From: Carcharhinus amblyrhynchos
Lineage: Eukaryota
DNA: 64,000 bases
Assembly: GCA_965287045.1 (NCBI GenBank)
Contig: OZ336884.1
Span: 45,198,001-45,262,000, forward strand
Reading direction: 5' to 3'
Positions 1-12,139 of the stretch are shown here, in pieces (the stretch's first letter is position 1; each line of letters opens with the position of its first letter). The position numbers and the translations under genes are program-made. The notes under the pieces are model-generated. The model was not told where the DNA came from. It made no database searches and saw nothing but the letters and a program-made list of their open reading frames with translations.

Positions 1-309
1 TGGATAATATCTGATTTGGCTAGATCCTTATCCAATAAAAGATCAACACCTTGTAGTGGTCAGCTTGCAATCGTCCCAACTGTACTTGCCCTGTCACCAA
101 GTTACTCTGCAGGTATACGTTAAATGAGGGAACCTCCAAACATTCACTGGTAAGTCCCTTAGCCAGCACGATTTCATCTACTTTGCTTTCAGGCACATTT
201 CCAATGCTTCAAGTTTTGTGCAATCAGCATCTTAGAGAATGCTCATCTATTTTTGTGGGCTCTTAGAAAAGCTAAAGGTTATTTTCCATCGGATATTTAA
301 AGGCACAAT

Positions 310-475
310 TTCAGAAGGTAGTTAAAAATCAACAGTGCTGGGGATCCAGTTACATACAGGCTAATCTAGACAAGGATGGGAGATTTCCTTCACTAAAGAA
401 CATTAGTGAGCCAGTTGATTTTTTTTTATGACAATCAACATTCATTTCCTGGTCATTATGTCTGAACTAGCTTTT
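310..475 (-). mobile_element. Deu-domain (SacSINE1-like) SINE, 3'/central part, split by a CR1 insertion
   Basis: Reverse complement resembles the full copy at 59825-60190 (agatttccttcactaaagaacattagtgagcc; gtagttaaaaatcaac). The remainder resumes at about 1189. Confidence 0.6.
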
Positions 476-1187
476 CAAAGGAACAAAGAACAGTACAATG
501 GAGGAACAGGCCCTTCGGCCCTTAAGTCTGCGCTGAAATATGATGCCTTTCTAAGCTAAAGACCTTTTGCCTCTACGTGGTCTATATCTCTCTATTCCCT
601 GCTTATTCACCTATCCATCTTAGAAAAGCTAAAGATTATCTTTCATTAGACATTTACAGACACAATTTCAGAAAGCAGTTAAGAATCAACAGTGCTGGGG
701 ATCTAAAGTCACATGTAGACTCTTAAATGTTGCTATTGTATCTGCTTCTACCATTTCCTCTGGCAGTGCATCCAAGCGCTTACTGACCTCTGTGTAAAAA
801 AACTTGCCTCATACATCTCCTTTAAACTTTCCCCTTTTAACTTTAAACCTATATCCCCTTTTAATTGACAGATCCACCCTGGGAAAAAAGACTCCTATTA
901 TCCATTCTATCCACACCTCTCATAATTTGGCCAATTTCTATTAGGCCACCTCTCAAACACTGACGTTGAAATGAAAACAAACCAAGTTTGTCCAATCTCT
1001 TCTCACAGTTAATACCATTTAACCTGGCAACATTGCGGTAAACTTTTTTTGTACCGTCTCCAAAGCCTCCACAACCTTCTGGTAGTGTGGCAACCAGAAC
1101 TGTATGCAATATTGCAAATAAGGCCTAACTAAAGTTCAATGCTTCTGCAACATGACATGTCAATTTTTATACTCTATGCCCTGGCCA
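476..1187 (-). mobile_element. CR1/HER1-type LINE 3' fragment, degenerate
   Basis: Minus ORF 861-1109 (EKRLDKLGLFSFQRQCLRGGLIE..MRGVDRMD) is a CR1 ORF2 C-terminus. The 3' UTR gaacaggcccttcggccc and a caaagaa-type tail lie at 476-520. Confidence 0.85.
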
Positions 1188-1188
1188 A

Positions 1189-1305
1189 TTCCAGATTATT
1201 CATTCAGTTTAAATTCTACCAAATGTTGTAGTGGGATTTGAAAATTTGGCTTCTGGGACATTAGTCTATTCTTCTGGATTACTGGTTCAGTCACTAATCC
1301 AGCAT
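1189..1305 (-). mobile_element. 5' (tRNA-like) part of the Deu-domain SINE
   Basis: gtgggatttgaa and ctggattactggttcagt match the reverse complement of the SINE head seen at 59825-59900. Confidence 0.5.
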
Positions 1306-2874
1306 TGCCTAATTCTTTTGAATCACAAAATTAAGCCCAATCTGGTATGGATGGACAGACATGTTGAGTTGTTTCCCCTTTTCTCGTGAAACAGGCATTT
1401 ATGCAAGTTTAAATCAAAAGAATAAATGTTTATTTCTGACAATATCTAAAAGGTCATTGAAACAAATGATCACTCTTCACACATACTATACACATATCAA
1501 GAAAAGTTAATTTTAAAAATGTCACATGCACTTAAAATATTTATAGTGTATAAGAAATAGGTCACTTATTTTAACCGTCCACAAAATGATGGGTGGAACA
1601 TTGCAGGCCTGCAAATTTCTCTTTTGGTTATGGAAAACAAGGGAGGTTGAAAGGTTATCACTTTTCCAGCAAACCCATTGCTGTTTTCCTGTTCTAAGAA
1701 ACTGTAATCCTATTGTTAAAACAAATTAGCTACATTTCACTGCCTGAGATGACTTTCATTTCAAGACAGAGTCCAAACTTGTGCTGTGAGACTGATGGCT
1801 TCCCCCGGTCATCTTGTCCCAAACCGATTCACTGGGCTACAATTGTGGATCATATGATGTTGGCAATCTCCAGTCAGTTTCAGTTATGTGACAACAGCAT
1901 CATTGTCCACAACATGAGTTGATGAACATGTAATTGAAACATAATAGAGAATTAATTGCATCCCATCAACATTTCAGCCATCAGTAGCTTGCTGGGTCTC
2001 TTTATTTTAAATCTAATGTTCATGGGTCCAGTAAATCTAACAGTATAAGTCTCTTCAGTTGAAATGAAGAGGCCAGTCATCAAACCTGGGAAGGCCATTT
2101 ACATTTTAATGACTTTCCAAAGACATGTCCTGACATAAGTTCATCCCTGCCTGTACATAAACACAAAACATGTCACCTGACCAGCCTAGAATCCATTTTG
2201 TGAAGGTAATTGTCCATATTTCAAGTTGCCTTTTCAATAAAGTGTCAATCTTCCAGAGACATTTTACAGTCATAGGACGTGACTGTGCCATTATATTGAT
2301 CATTATAGCTGAACAAAACGCTTACTGAAATGTTGCTGATGAAATCACTTAATTTACTGCAAGGTTCACCCAAGGACTGCAACTATAAGATTGCCTGAAG
2401 CATTTCAAGGTGTAATCAAACACAAGTTTCATTTTATAGTGAAAGTGACAAAATAGCTTGCTTGGTACTCCCAGAGATAAAATATTCTTGATAGATTTCA
2501 AGATCAGATGATGCAATGAGTTAGAAAGCATTTTGTCCTATCATTTCTAGATTAGTGAGAATTCCACACAGGCAGAGGAAATGAAATTCACCAATCCTGG
2601 TTTGGTGTATTATTGACACCAGGACTATTAATGTAATAGAGTATTAAGTTATGGACAGAGTGTTTCCCTAACCTCGGTACATCACACAGCTACAACCACA
2701 CTCATAAATGAATCAGGGGCATGCCAATCAGAGCAATGTCTGCATGAAGTGCAGAGAAGTCTGCATAGCTGTAGAGGTCATGATGTGGATGTGCCGGCGT
2801 TGGACTGGGGTAAACACAGTAAAAAGTCTGACAACACCACGTTTTAGTCCAACCGATTTATTTGATAGTAAACG

Positions 2875-2908
2875 CACAAGCTTTCGAGGTTTCCCTCTTC
2901 GTCAGGTG
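2875..2908 (-). ncRNA. Minimal type I hammerhead ribozyme motif (mirror copy)
   Basis: Exact reverse complement of 2991-3024. Confidence 0.75.
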
Positions 2909-2990
2909 AATGGAGAGTTCTGGCCTCAGACAGAGCATATAAAGCACTTCTGTGCTTTATATGCTCTGTCTGAGGCCAGAACTCTCCATT

Positions 2991-3024
2991 CACCTGACGA
3001 AGAGGGAAACCTCGAAAGCTTGTG
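2991..3024 (+). ncRNA. Minimal type I hammerhead ribozyme motif
   Basis: CAC-CTGACGA-A-GAGG-GAAA-CCTC-GAAA-GC-TT-GTG. This gives the CUGANGA and GAAA cores, stem II GAGG/CCUC, palindromic AAGCUU stem III, a CUU cleavage triplet and stem I CAC/GUG. Confidence 0.75.
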
Positions 3025-3807
3025 CGTTTACTATCAAATAAATCGGTTGGACTAAAACCTGGTGTTGTTAGCTGTAGAGGTCACAGACAATGTGAGGAAA
3101 TACTTGCAAATACAGAAAAATAGAAAATCAAACAATGCCTCATTCCTTATGGTTCAGGGTTCTTGTTTACTCAAAATACTAATACTAATCGTGGTTTCCA
3201 GTTTATTTCATTGGAACTCTTTTGCATATATTGCTAGTTTAGAAAATACAGATGGCACAATCATCTCTGGTTTGTAGTCACACATTCATCAAATTAAATA
3301 GTGTTTCTTAATGTGCAGAAAATGCCCCATTACATTTACAGCCCTGAGCTAACAATAAATAAAAGGAGACAGTAAAACTCACGGTCATATAGTTAACTGC
3401 TATACAGCACAGCATCTTGATATCTAGAATAAGTTGGAGGCATTGATATTTTATTGCCAGCTGTTCCAAAGCTAGAAACTATATAGACCACTAGCCAGCT
3501 GTATGCTTCTGGGAGAGAGGGGACAAAAATGAATTGTGCCACAAATTAACACAGCTAGGCTATACTGCAAAAGAAAGTGACCATTGCTGGTTTAGCAAAA
3601 TATCAAAACTAGTGCCAGCTTCTGACATGGAACGTGTACCCCTTTCTCTTCTTCATGAAGAGTTCAGAAGGCTCAATAATACACACAATGAAATTCAATG
3701 TAAGTATTGCTTTGCTTGAAAGCAGCTGGAGATTATTCAATTATTCTGCCTTTTGATGCTTTATTTTTCTATTTCAGGAAAGTTGGTTAGCTCTGTTGTT
3801 ATACTTT

Positions 3808-4126
3808 CATAGAATCTCTACAGTGCAGAAGGAGGCCATTCAGCTCATCAAATCTGCACCAATCATAATCCCACCCAGGCCCTATTCCAGTAACCCACAT
3901 ATTTACCCTATTCATCCCCCTGACACTTGGGTCAGTTTATCATGGCCAATCAACCTAACCAACACATCTTTGGTCTGTGGGAGGGAACTGAAGTACCCAG
4001 AAGAAACTGAAGCAGCACAGGGAAATATACAAACTCCACATAGTGAGTGACCTGTGACCGGAATTGAACCCTGGTCCCTGGTGCCATATGGCAGCAGTGC
4101 TAACCACTGTGCCACCGTGCTGCCCC
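3808..4126 (-). mobile_element. HE1-type tRNA-derived V-SINE, full length
   Basis: Minus-strand head GGGGCAGCACGGTGGCACAGTGGTTAGCACTGCTGCC, B-box GGTTCAATTCC, V-domain and a 3' tail ending in ttctatg. Confidence 0.85.
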
Positions 4127-5362
4127 GGTCTTCAGATCTATGCTATGCTGTACCGTACATTGTACATTACAGAATCTCTGGATACCACAATAGAGACCTG
4201 CCGATTTGTTATACAGCACTGTAGGTATCACTAGTAAAGCTCAGAATGATATTCTAGCAATTTCTGGACAGATCCAGTCACTGCAGTTTGGTTTTGTGGA
4301 TCTATTTCCAGACTGGTTTATAGAGCAGCATCATTTTCTATTATTAATTGCTATGCAGTGTTCTAGAGATTGTTCTGATGCTGTTAGGGTTTATTAAAGT
4401 TTAAAGAGAAACCCTAACACCCACTATTAACTGACAGAATTATACAACAAAATTCCATATTCTTAAGTAAAAACACATTTTATTTTATATTATAATTAAA
4501 TAAAATGTGCAATATTAACTTAATGTGAAAATGTATGATTGATTATGCGATGAACCCAGGTCGACTCACTCTCTGCTATGAATTTCCTTACATACTAGAG
4601 AAACTTAAAAGTTCACTCACTTCTGTAGGGACCAACCGATAAGGTATGCCACAGCACTCTGGTTTACTTTTGGTATGTTCAGTGTTCCAGCTATTCACCA
4701 ATGTAATTATTATATGAATCTTTCCATGAGCTTTTTTCCAATATAACTCTCCAACTTTTCTACAGTACTTCGTAACTGTGGACATCTCAGTTCCTTGCTC
4801 CAATTGTTGCAGCTACCCAACTGCCTTCTCACAGCTTCTGAGCTAACTCTTCATTCTGATTTCTATCACAAGGGTCTGCGATGACCATTGTAGGATTACT
4901 TCCTCCAGCAGCAAATTGGGAAAGTTTTCCAGTCATCCTTTCCTCACTAAATACAGAGTGAGTCTGTTCCTGAGCTGTATTCCACATGGTACAGGTTAAT
5001 ATTTTCTCGGCTTAACATTAAAGCCTGACTAACAGTTATCTCCTGTTGGCTCTCTCAATCTGGTGAGATACAGTATTCACCAAAGCAAAACTGCAACTAT
5101 CTGTTTTCTGAGTAAATGCCCTGACAGCTTAAACAAAGAACTTATGACCCCAATAACCCATCTCTCAGACAACATGTCATGCTTTGGGCTGGTCTTAAAC
5201 AGAAATACAAATTAAATGCTTTACCACTGTCATAAATTGGCTCCACCAGGTAAGAATTAATTATAAACATTTTTTAACGATCAACTATTTACAGGGTGAT
5301 GAAGTTTCAATGCTCCTAGACATCACTCTAGGATCTAACTGTTGGGACAAGCCCAGATAGGT

Positions 5363-5885
5363 TAGAACATAGAACATAGAACATTACAGCGCAGAACAGG
5401 CCCTTCGGCCCACGATGTTGCGCCGACCAGTTACAAAAACAATGACCCACTAGCCTATACCAATCCCTTTTCGTCCATAAACCTATCCAGAGATCTCTTA
5501 AACGCCCCCAAACTAGACGCATCTACAACTGCAGCAGGCAGGGCATTCCAATCCCTCACCACCCGCTGGGTAAAGAACCTACCCCTGACATCCGTCCTGT
5601 AGCTACCCCCCCTTAATTTAAAGTCATGCCCCCTCGTGCTAGCTTTCTCCATCCGAGGAAAAAGGCTATCACTATCCACCCTATCTAAACCCCTAATCAT
5701 CTTATATGTTTCAATAAGATCCCCTCTTAGCCGCCTTCTTCCCAACGAAAACAACCCTAGATCCCTCAGTCTCTCCTCATAGGACCTCCCCACCATACCA
5801 GGCAACATCCTAGTAAACCTCCTCTGCACCCTCTCCAACGCCTCCACATCCTTCTTGTAATGCGGGGACCAGAACTGCACACAGT
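5363..5885 (-). mobile_element. Young CR1/HER1 LINE 3' fragment
   Basis: Open ORF 5455-5880 (QFWSPHYKKDVEALERVQRRFTRMLPG...FFTQRVV), CpG retained, (TTCTATG)n tail at 5363-5383. Confidence 0.95.
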
Positions 5886-6327
5886 TGGCTGAAGCCCCAA
5901 CTCAGTTACTGATTGGTCAGTCCAATTCATTTAACCCTTTCAGAATATCTCCCTTTAAAGGGTCAGATGTCACAACCACCAACACAATCCATTGTATTCC
6001 TAATGGATGTAGATTTGCTTTATTTATCAAGGTACCTGCTCCCAGTCTCTTTTTATCTGGCCATGCATCAATAATTTAAACCTATAACTTGCACAATTGT
6101 ACACCTTATGGCACCATTACATCACAAAAAAAACAGACAAGCAAAATATTTATCAACCAATTACTTACTCATCTTCAAATCTCATGTAATTAATGAGCAA
6201 TTGTAAGGTTTTATGAGTTGTGGGGAGGTTTTGCAACAGTAGTAAAGGTTATTGGGGGAGGGAGCGGTGGGCTAATAGTGTTTACTAATCATAAATTAAT
6301 GAATAAAAATAAATTCATATTTGATTA

Positions 6328-6960
6328 TGATGGAGGGGCAGGTGATATGTTGTGACTGCAGAGTGTGGAAGCAACTAAATGCCAGGACAAACTTTGTGGT
6401 TTGACGATCTTTGGCTCAGTATCATTGAGCTGCAGGCCAAGCTTCAGACACTGCAATGCATCACAGAAAGGGAAAGTTACCTGGATACTTTGTGTGAAGG
6501 GGCATTAGCACCTCTTTGGATAGGGTCTTCTGATTTAGTCAATGGTAATGGACAGGAGGTTGTGACGACAGGTAAGGCAGGTGGGACTCAGAGATAGAAG
6601 TAGAGAAGCCTCAGCCAGTCCAATAAATTCAAGGAAACTTCAAACTGTATGGATGAAAACAGTAACTGCAGGGTGGATGAGAGAACTGACCATGGCACTA
6701 TGGTACAGGAAGCCATTCAAACAGAGATAATTAATTGGACTGTTGTGATAGTTGGGGACATTATAGTCATGGGGATAGATACAGTTCTCTGCAGCTAAGA
6801 GTGAGAGTCCAGATGGCTGAGTTACTTGCATGGGTCCTGGGTTCGGAGCACCTGTTCTGGATTAGAGAGGAACTTGCAGTGGGAGAATCCAGTGGTCATG
6901 ATCCATGTAAATGCAAACTAAATAAAATTAGGAAAAATGGTTCTGCTGAGGGCATATGAT
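6328..6960 (+). mobile_element. CR1 ORF1 remnant (zinc-finger plus SGNH-esterase-like region)
   Basis: Broken frames read MEGQVICCDC, IIELQAKLQTL and VGDIIVMGIDTVLC, similar to the CR1 ORF1 motif GDSIVRG. Confidence 0.6.
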
Positions 6961-7054
6961 CAGTCAAATCAGGTGCATGCCCACACTACATTGCCAGAGA
7001 TTTCTGACACTAACTATCAAGATATTGTTGCATATCTAATTCTCAATAGAATAA

Positions 7055-7300
7055 CAAACAGATGCATAGCCATCCGCCCACAATAGACTATCAGGGAACA
7101 GACATGTCCCTATTTCCATAATGCCACAGGAGATCAGATAGATCTCCACCCACCTGTAAAAGGCTGCCAGAGATCAGACACATATCCACCCACCTGCACC
7201 TGCTTGCCAGAATAAACGTCCACCAGTTACAACGGAACCACTGGGAAACAGATGCATTTCCACCCACAAACACTAGACTGCCAGGGAACAGACACAAATG
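7055..7300. repeat. Degenerate minisatellite of about 40 bp
   Basis: Recurring acagatgcat..ccacccac..agactgccagggaacagaca units. Confidence 0.45.
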
Positions 7301-8285
7301 AACCAGTAAAGCACCATTTATCAGTTGCATAATCCCTCACCACATCACACAAAATCTAACATAGACTGTGAAAGATGCACTACAGAATTACCATGTTTGT
7401 TTAAATGTGGTTCCACTTTTGTTGAGATTCCTGTGATGTCAAACACCATGATAGCATATGTGACATAGGAAAGCTTTAGACAGGACAAAGAAACAGCACA
7501 AGACATACACAGAAGAACATTTTAACTACTCTTATATTGCTCTGATGTGGGCTTTGGCATTCCATAAGCCTTTTTGAACTGGAACATTTTCCCCATTGTA
7601 ATAAAAGCATTTAGCCCCTTAACCCTCATCCATCACACCCTCAATCCCTCTCATCGTTCCTCATGTCCTCATCATGCATGCTTGGCTGTGAGTCAGACCA
7701 ATATAAGCATTAGCTTAGCAGCAAATCCGTTTCGACAAAATGGACTGTGCAGTGTAAGTGGTTAATTGTAAATGTGAGAAATGTTACTGAGACTGCATAC
7801 CTCATCACAGGAGTGATGCGATGTCTCATGATCTTGCTCTCTCTTGTAGGCCTCATGGCAAGGAAGCCTGCATGAAGTGATGTTCCAACAATGATGAACC
7901 ATTAGTCATGGAGGAGGTGGGCTAACACCATGAAAATTGGGAATGGGAGGCAGCTAGAAAATGCCTATCCCAACAATGGAGCCAGCCAGATCAGGAGTGC
8001 AGGGTGTAGAATTGGCTTGTGCTGGTGAAAATTGACACTACCAGAAATAAAGACGGAATCCTCAACTAGATCCCTCCTCTACTTTTTAAATGGCAATGGA
8101 GTTATTCCTAGCATCTGCAAACATATAGCCCATAGACATCTAAATCCCAATGCCCCTCCATAACTCCTATTCTCTCACCATTAAGAAAACATCACGATTT
8201 ACTTTCTCCGAGTTATAATTTCACACTTTTCCACACAAGACTCCACCTGCCACACCTTCACTCTCTCAACTAATTTTTTAAAAAA

Positions 8286-8607
8286 TAAAGAATTCCTACA
8301 GTACAGAAGGGGGCCATTTGGCCCATCGAGTCTGCACCAACCACAATCCCACCCAGGCCCTATCCCTGTAACTCAATGCATTTACCTAGCTAGTCTTCCT
8401 GACACTAAGGGGCAACATACCATAGCCAATCAACCTAACATGCACACCTTTGGACTGTGGGAGGAAACAAAAGTGTCTGGAAGAAAGCCATGCAGACACA
8501 AGGAGAACATGCAAACTCCACATAGATAGTGACCCAAGGCCAGGTTTGAATCGAGGTCCCAGGCGCTATGAGGCATCAGTGCTAACCATTGCACCACCAT
8601 GCCACCC
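8286..8607 (-). mobile_element. HE1-type V-SINE
   Basis: Same head, V-domain and tail as 3808-4126. Confidence 0.85.
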
Positions 8608-8744
8608 GGGATTCATTCATGGAATGCAGATGTTGCTGGCTGGTCAGCATATATTGCCCATCTCTAATTGCCCTTGAGAAGGTAATGATGATCTCATCCA
8701 AAACTCTGCTGCTCAGATTCTACTTTTCACCAAGTCCCACTCAC

Positions 8745-8952
8745 AATTGAAAGTGAGTAAACTTGCCATAGTCCCAGATAACCATAGGCTGCTCCCCCAC
8801 TTTGAAGTGGAGAGCTGACTGGTGATGATTTAACCTATGGCTCACCAACCTTAGGGTTTCATGAATAGGTTCAGCCAGTACAGGAATTGAACCTGCATTG
8901 TTGGCCATCGCTCTGCAACACGAACCAGCCATCCAGCCCACTGAACTTACCG
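8745..8952 (-). mobile_element. tRNA-derived SINE of a second family
   Basis: Minus strand has A-box-like agttcagtgg and B-box ggttcaattcc, with a body unlike HE1. Confidence 0.5.
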
Positions 8953-8989
8953 ACTCCTTTATTCACAATTAACCCCGTGCAGATTAACC

Positions 8990-9365
8990 TACATCGGAAG
9001 CACCTCAATTTTAAAATGCTCATTGTTATTTTCAAGACCTTCCATGTCTTCACTTCTCCAGAACTTTGTTACTGCCTTCAGATTTCTGAACTCACCTAAT
9101 TCTGCCCTTTTCCCTGATTTTAATCAAGACACAGTTGAAAATTGTGCTTGAATTCATTTGGAAGCTTTGGAATTGCTTTCTTAAACCTCTCCACCTCTCT
9201 CCTCTTCTTTAAGATGCTCCTTTAAAATCTAACTTTTTAATCAAGGTTTTGGTTTCAACATCTCCTTATGCGATTTGGTACCATATTTGGTCTGACAACA
9301 CCCCTATGAAATGCCTTGAGAATATTTTATCATATTAAAGGGGCTAGATTAATGATAGTAGCATT
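8990..9365 (+). mobile_element. L2-like LINE 3' end
   Basis: Typical L2 3' end (ctcctttaaaatc..tatgaaatgccttgag..ttaaaggggcta), similar to 53125-53350. Confidence 0.55.
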
Positions 9366-11359
9366 GTTGAAACAGTTGAAACCAGCGTGATGTATGTTTT
9401 CTGTGCAAGTTCAGGTCAGTTTTATTTTCCATATCTAATTGTAACTGACCCTAGTGCCCACCATGCAGTCGACAGTTAGCTTTCATGGGCATATAACAAG
9501 TAAACTAGGAATCCTTTAAGAGTACTGCTAGAGATTACCTCTTCAAATGTTTTACTTCTCTGAATGTGGAGCCAGGTAGAATTGTGAGCCATATTAATTT
9601 TTACTGAACTATAGTGGTGGGGTAGCAGTGGGGAAATCATTGTTTCAAATTTCTATTCTTGGTCTCACTTGAGGCTAGTTAATTTTGAGGCTGTGTCCTC
9701 TGGTTCTGTGATCAGTCGATTTGATGTGTATGGGGAGTAGATGACCTGTAGCTTTTCATACAACTGTGGATTGTTATTTTACTGTAAACTCCCAACCACT
9801 GTTTCAAAAAATCTTGACAAAAGATTGTTATGTTATTTTACCAAGCTCATTTTTATCCCCCAGAGCAATATTGTGTCCTATTAATATTTATCAAATCTAG
9901 CCTTTGATTTCAAAGTTAAAGTTTTCTCTTATTGTGTTATCTTGTTATTATGGCTTTGAAAATCCTTTCCAATTACCTTTACCATTTCCATGCCAACTGT
10001 TCTGGAAGTAGCAAAATGAAATTGCTCAAAGGATTTCTGTTATTTGCATCACAAAGGAATTCTCCAAGGACATAAAACTGTTGTGATATGTAGGCATCTA
10101 CAAAGCGATCAGCTTATTAAAAAGACAGCGTTCCTTTTGTAATAAGGGTATGAAACATACTGCTAACAAGACCAAAAAGGCCTACAGTCATGGAAGCGTA
10201 TCACAAATCCCATCTTAAAAGCTTTTCCACTCTGTGCAACCTAAAGAGCACCTGACATTGATGAACAGATTGTACTATTTACAGCATATACGAGAAAAAC
10301 TGCCATGGAAAGGCAGTAGCCATTAATCCCAGAGCTGAGGCTTGAAATCAACATGCCAGAATTAGAGGAGCACTGAATCCTCAGGGGGATGTGAGGCTGG
10401 AGGATATTACAGAACTAGAAAGGTGTAAAGTCATAGAGGGATTTGAGCACAAAAGTTAACATTTTAAGTTCAAGGTTTCGGTGGACTGAGAGCTAAGGTG
10501 GGTCAATGGGCCCAGAGAATGCAAGCTACAAAACAAAATAGCCCATCATTATTTCCTGGGTACCATTTTTATTATCTTTACCCTACCACTGACAAAATGC
10601 CTTCTCTCGGCTTCTCAGCCCCTCCCACCTTACCTCATGAGGCCCATAAAAATCCCAATCTCTTGTTGCATATTGAACTCAGTACAGCTGAGCACATTGT
10701 GGTAGATTTTGACTTTTACTGTTGGATGCGAAATGGACAAAAGCAAATCAACCATGTGGTCCACATAATGCTTGGTGTCCTTTCTAATGATGTCAATGAA
10801 GAAACAAAAATTGGCCAGGTGTAAAACAAGTGACCAATCTGTTATCATCTGCTTTTACCCTGCAATAAACTGACAGTTCACTCCATTGTGTCCATATGAT
10901 GAACTAAGATTCATGAAAAGACCCTAAATAGATTGATTAATTTGCAAAAGTATACAGGTAATTACTTTTGTTTAAATAGAACAAATACAAATAGACCATG
11001 AAAACAAACTCTCTATCACTGCTTGCTGAATCTTGTGTTTTCATGCTTTGAAACTCAGAACAAATTTTGCATGCAATTTTCCCATTTTCTACATGGATTG
11101 ATGAATATTGCATTGGGCTCCATGATGCATTACACAAAGTGTTTCATACAGAATATCCTGTAAACCTCCAGAGATTTACTCTTGGTGAACCTTTTGAACA
11201 CTACTGATATTCAGGTTTTGAGAAAAAACAGATTATATTTTACAACATATTCAGATATTGAGTACTAAAACTGAAAACTACCTGAACAATCTGTGTGTAC
11301 TCGTCAAAACCGAAAGCTTTTACAAAAGGTAGCATGGAATTAAAGTGATCAAAACAAAT

Positions 11360-11580
11360 TGGATTAAAATTGAATACATTACAGAAAACAGAGAATAGTT
11401 TAGACAGTTTTTAGTATGCACAATGGTGTCCCAAACAGCTGAGTGCTGGGGCATTACTGTTTATGATATACATCAATGATTTGGATTCTCAGCAGTGGTG
11501 TCCAAGTTTGCAGAAGTTAAAGGCAAAGCTGAAAAGGAATATTGACAAGGTACAGAGATGCAGCTTAGGGCAAATAAACT
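11360..11580 (+). mobile_element. Old CR1 RT-core fragment
   Basis: Broken frames resemble GVPQGSVLG-LLFMIYINDL..SKFA. Confidence 0.6.
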
Positions 11581-12139
11581 GGTCACAGTGGGACAAAACA
11601 TGACTAATTGTGTGCCTCAACCTCCTGAATCATGGCAGTTGATAACTCTATACTGATAATCTGTCTTTCATCACTCCGTATAACCTCACTTGTATGTAAG
11701 TTTGATTAAACACCTCCTCTTTAAATGCTAAACCACCTCCTAATTGCAATTCACAGCTAATTAAGAAAAGTTGCATTTTTCCTGTTTACACTGCCTGGCA
11801 TGTTGTGCTGAAAATATAGCCAATTTTTTTCCACAAATTTCAAATAGGAAAATTGTGAATAATGTTTATTAACCCATATATAGCACACAAACAGCAGTTA
11901 CATGCTACCCTTATTTCACTTGTGACAGCATATTTGAAAACCTGTAACAGATAGCATTCTTACAAATTTATGATGCCATTGATGTAATGATACAGAATGT
12001 ACACTATGAACGATCAGCAGTGGTGAGACTTGAGGCTTTTCAGACAGTTTTTCAAACAAAAGAGGAGTGAGATAAGCATGGTAGGTCCCAGAAACCTTTC
12101 AACCTGTACAGTGAAGCTAACTTCAGAGACACAGAAGAT

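Larger units (their letters stand above)
2781..3068. mobile_element. Penelope-like (PLE)-derived inverted-pLTR hairpin insertion with 15-bp TSD
   Basis: Arms 2831-2947 and 2952-3068 are reverse complements (one mismatch seen, 2840/3059) around a TTCT loop. There is an unpaired tail at 2781-2830. TAGCTGTAGAGGTCA is repeated at 2766-2780 and 3069-3083. Confidence 0.85.

Noticed and set aside
2708-3055. 115-aa ORF
   Set aside because: It is a chance frame across the hairpin insertion and its flank.
4060-4126. tRNA gene
   Set aside because: The A and B boxes belong to a SINE head that continues into the V-domain, and there is no complete cloverleaf.
4382-6120. Possible solo LTR (TGTTA...TTACA) split by the CR1
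   Set aside because: No matching TSD, PBS or PPT could be confirmed.
10630-10848. Possible minus-strand exon ending at AG/GTAAGG
   Set aside because: There is no in-frame strong acceptor or recognisable protein, and the donor lies in MITE-terminus-like sequence.
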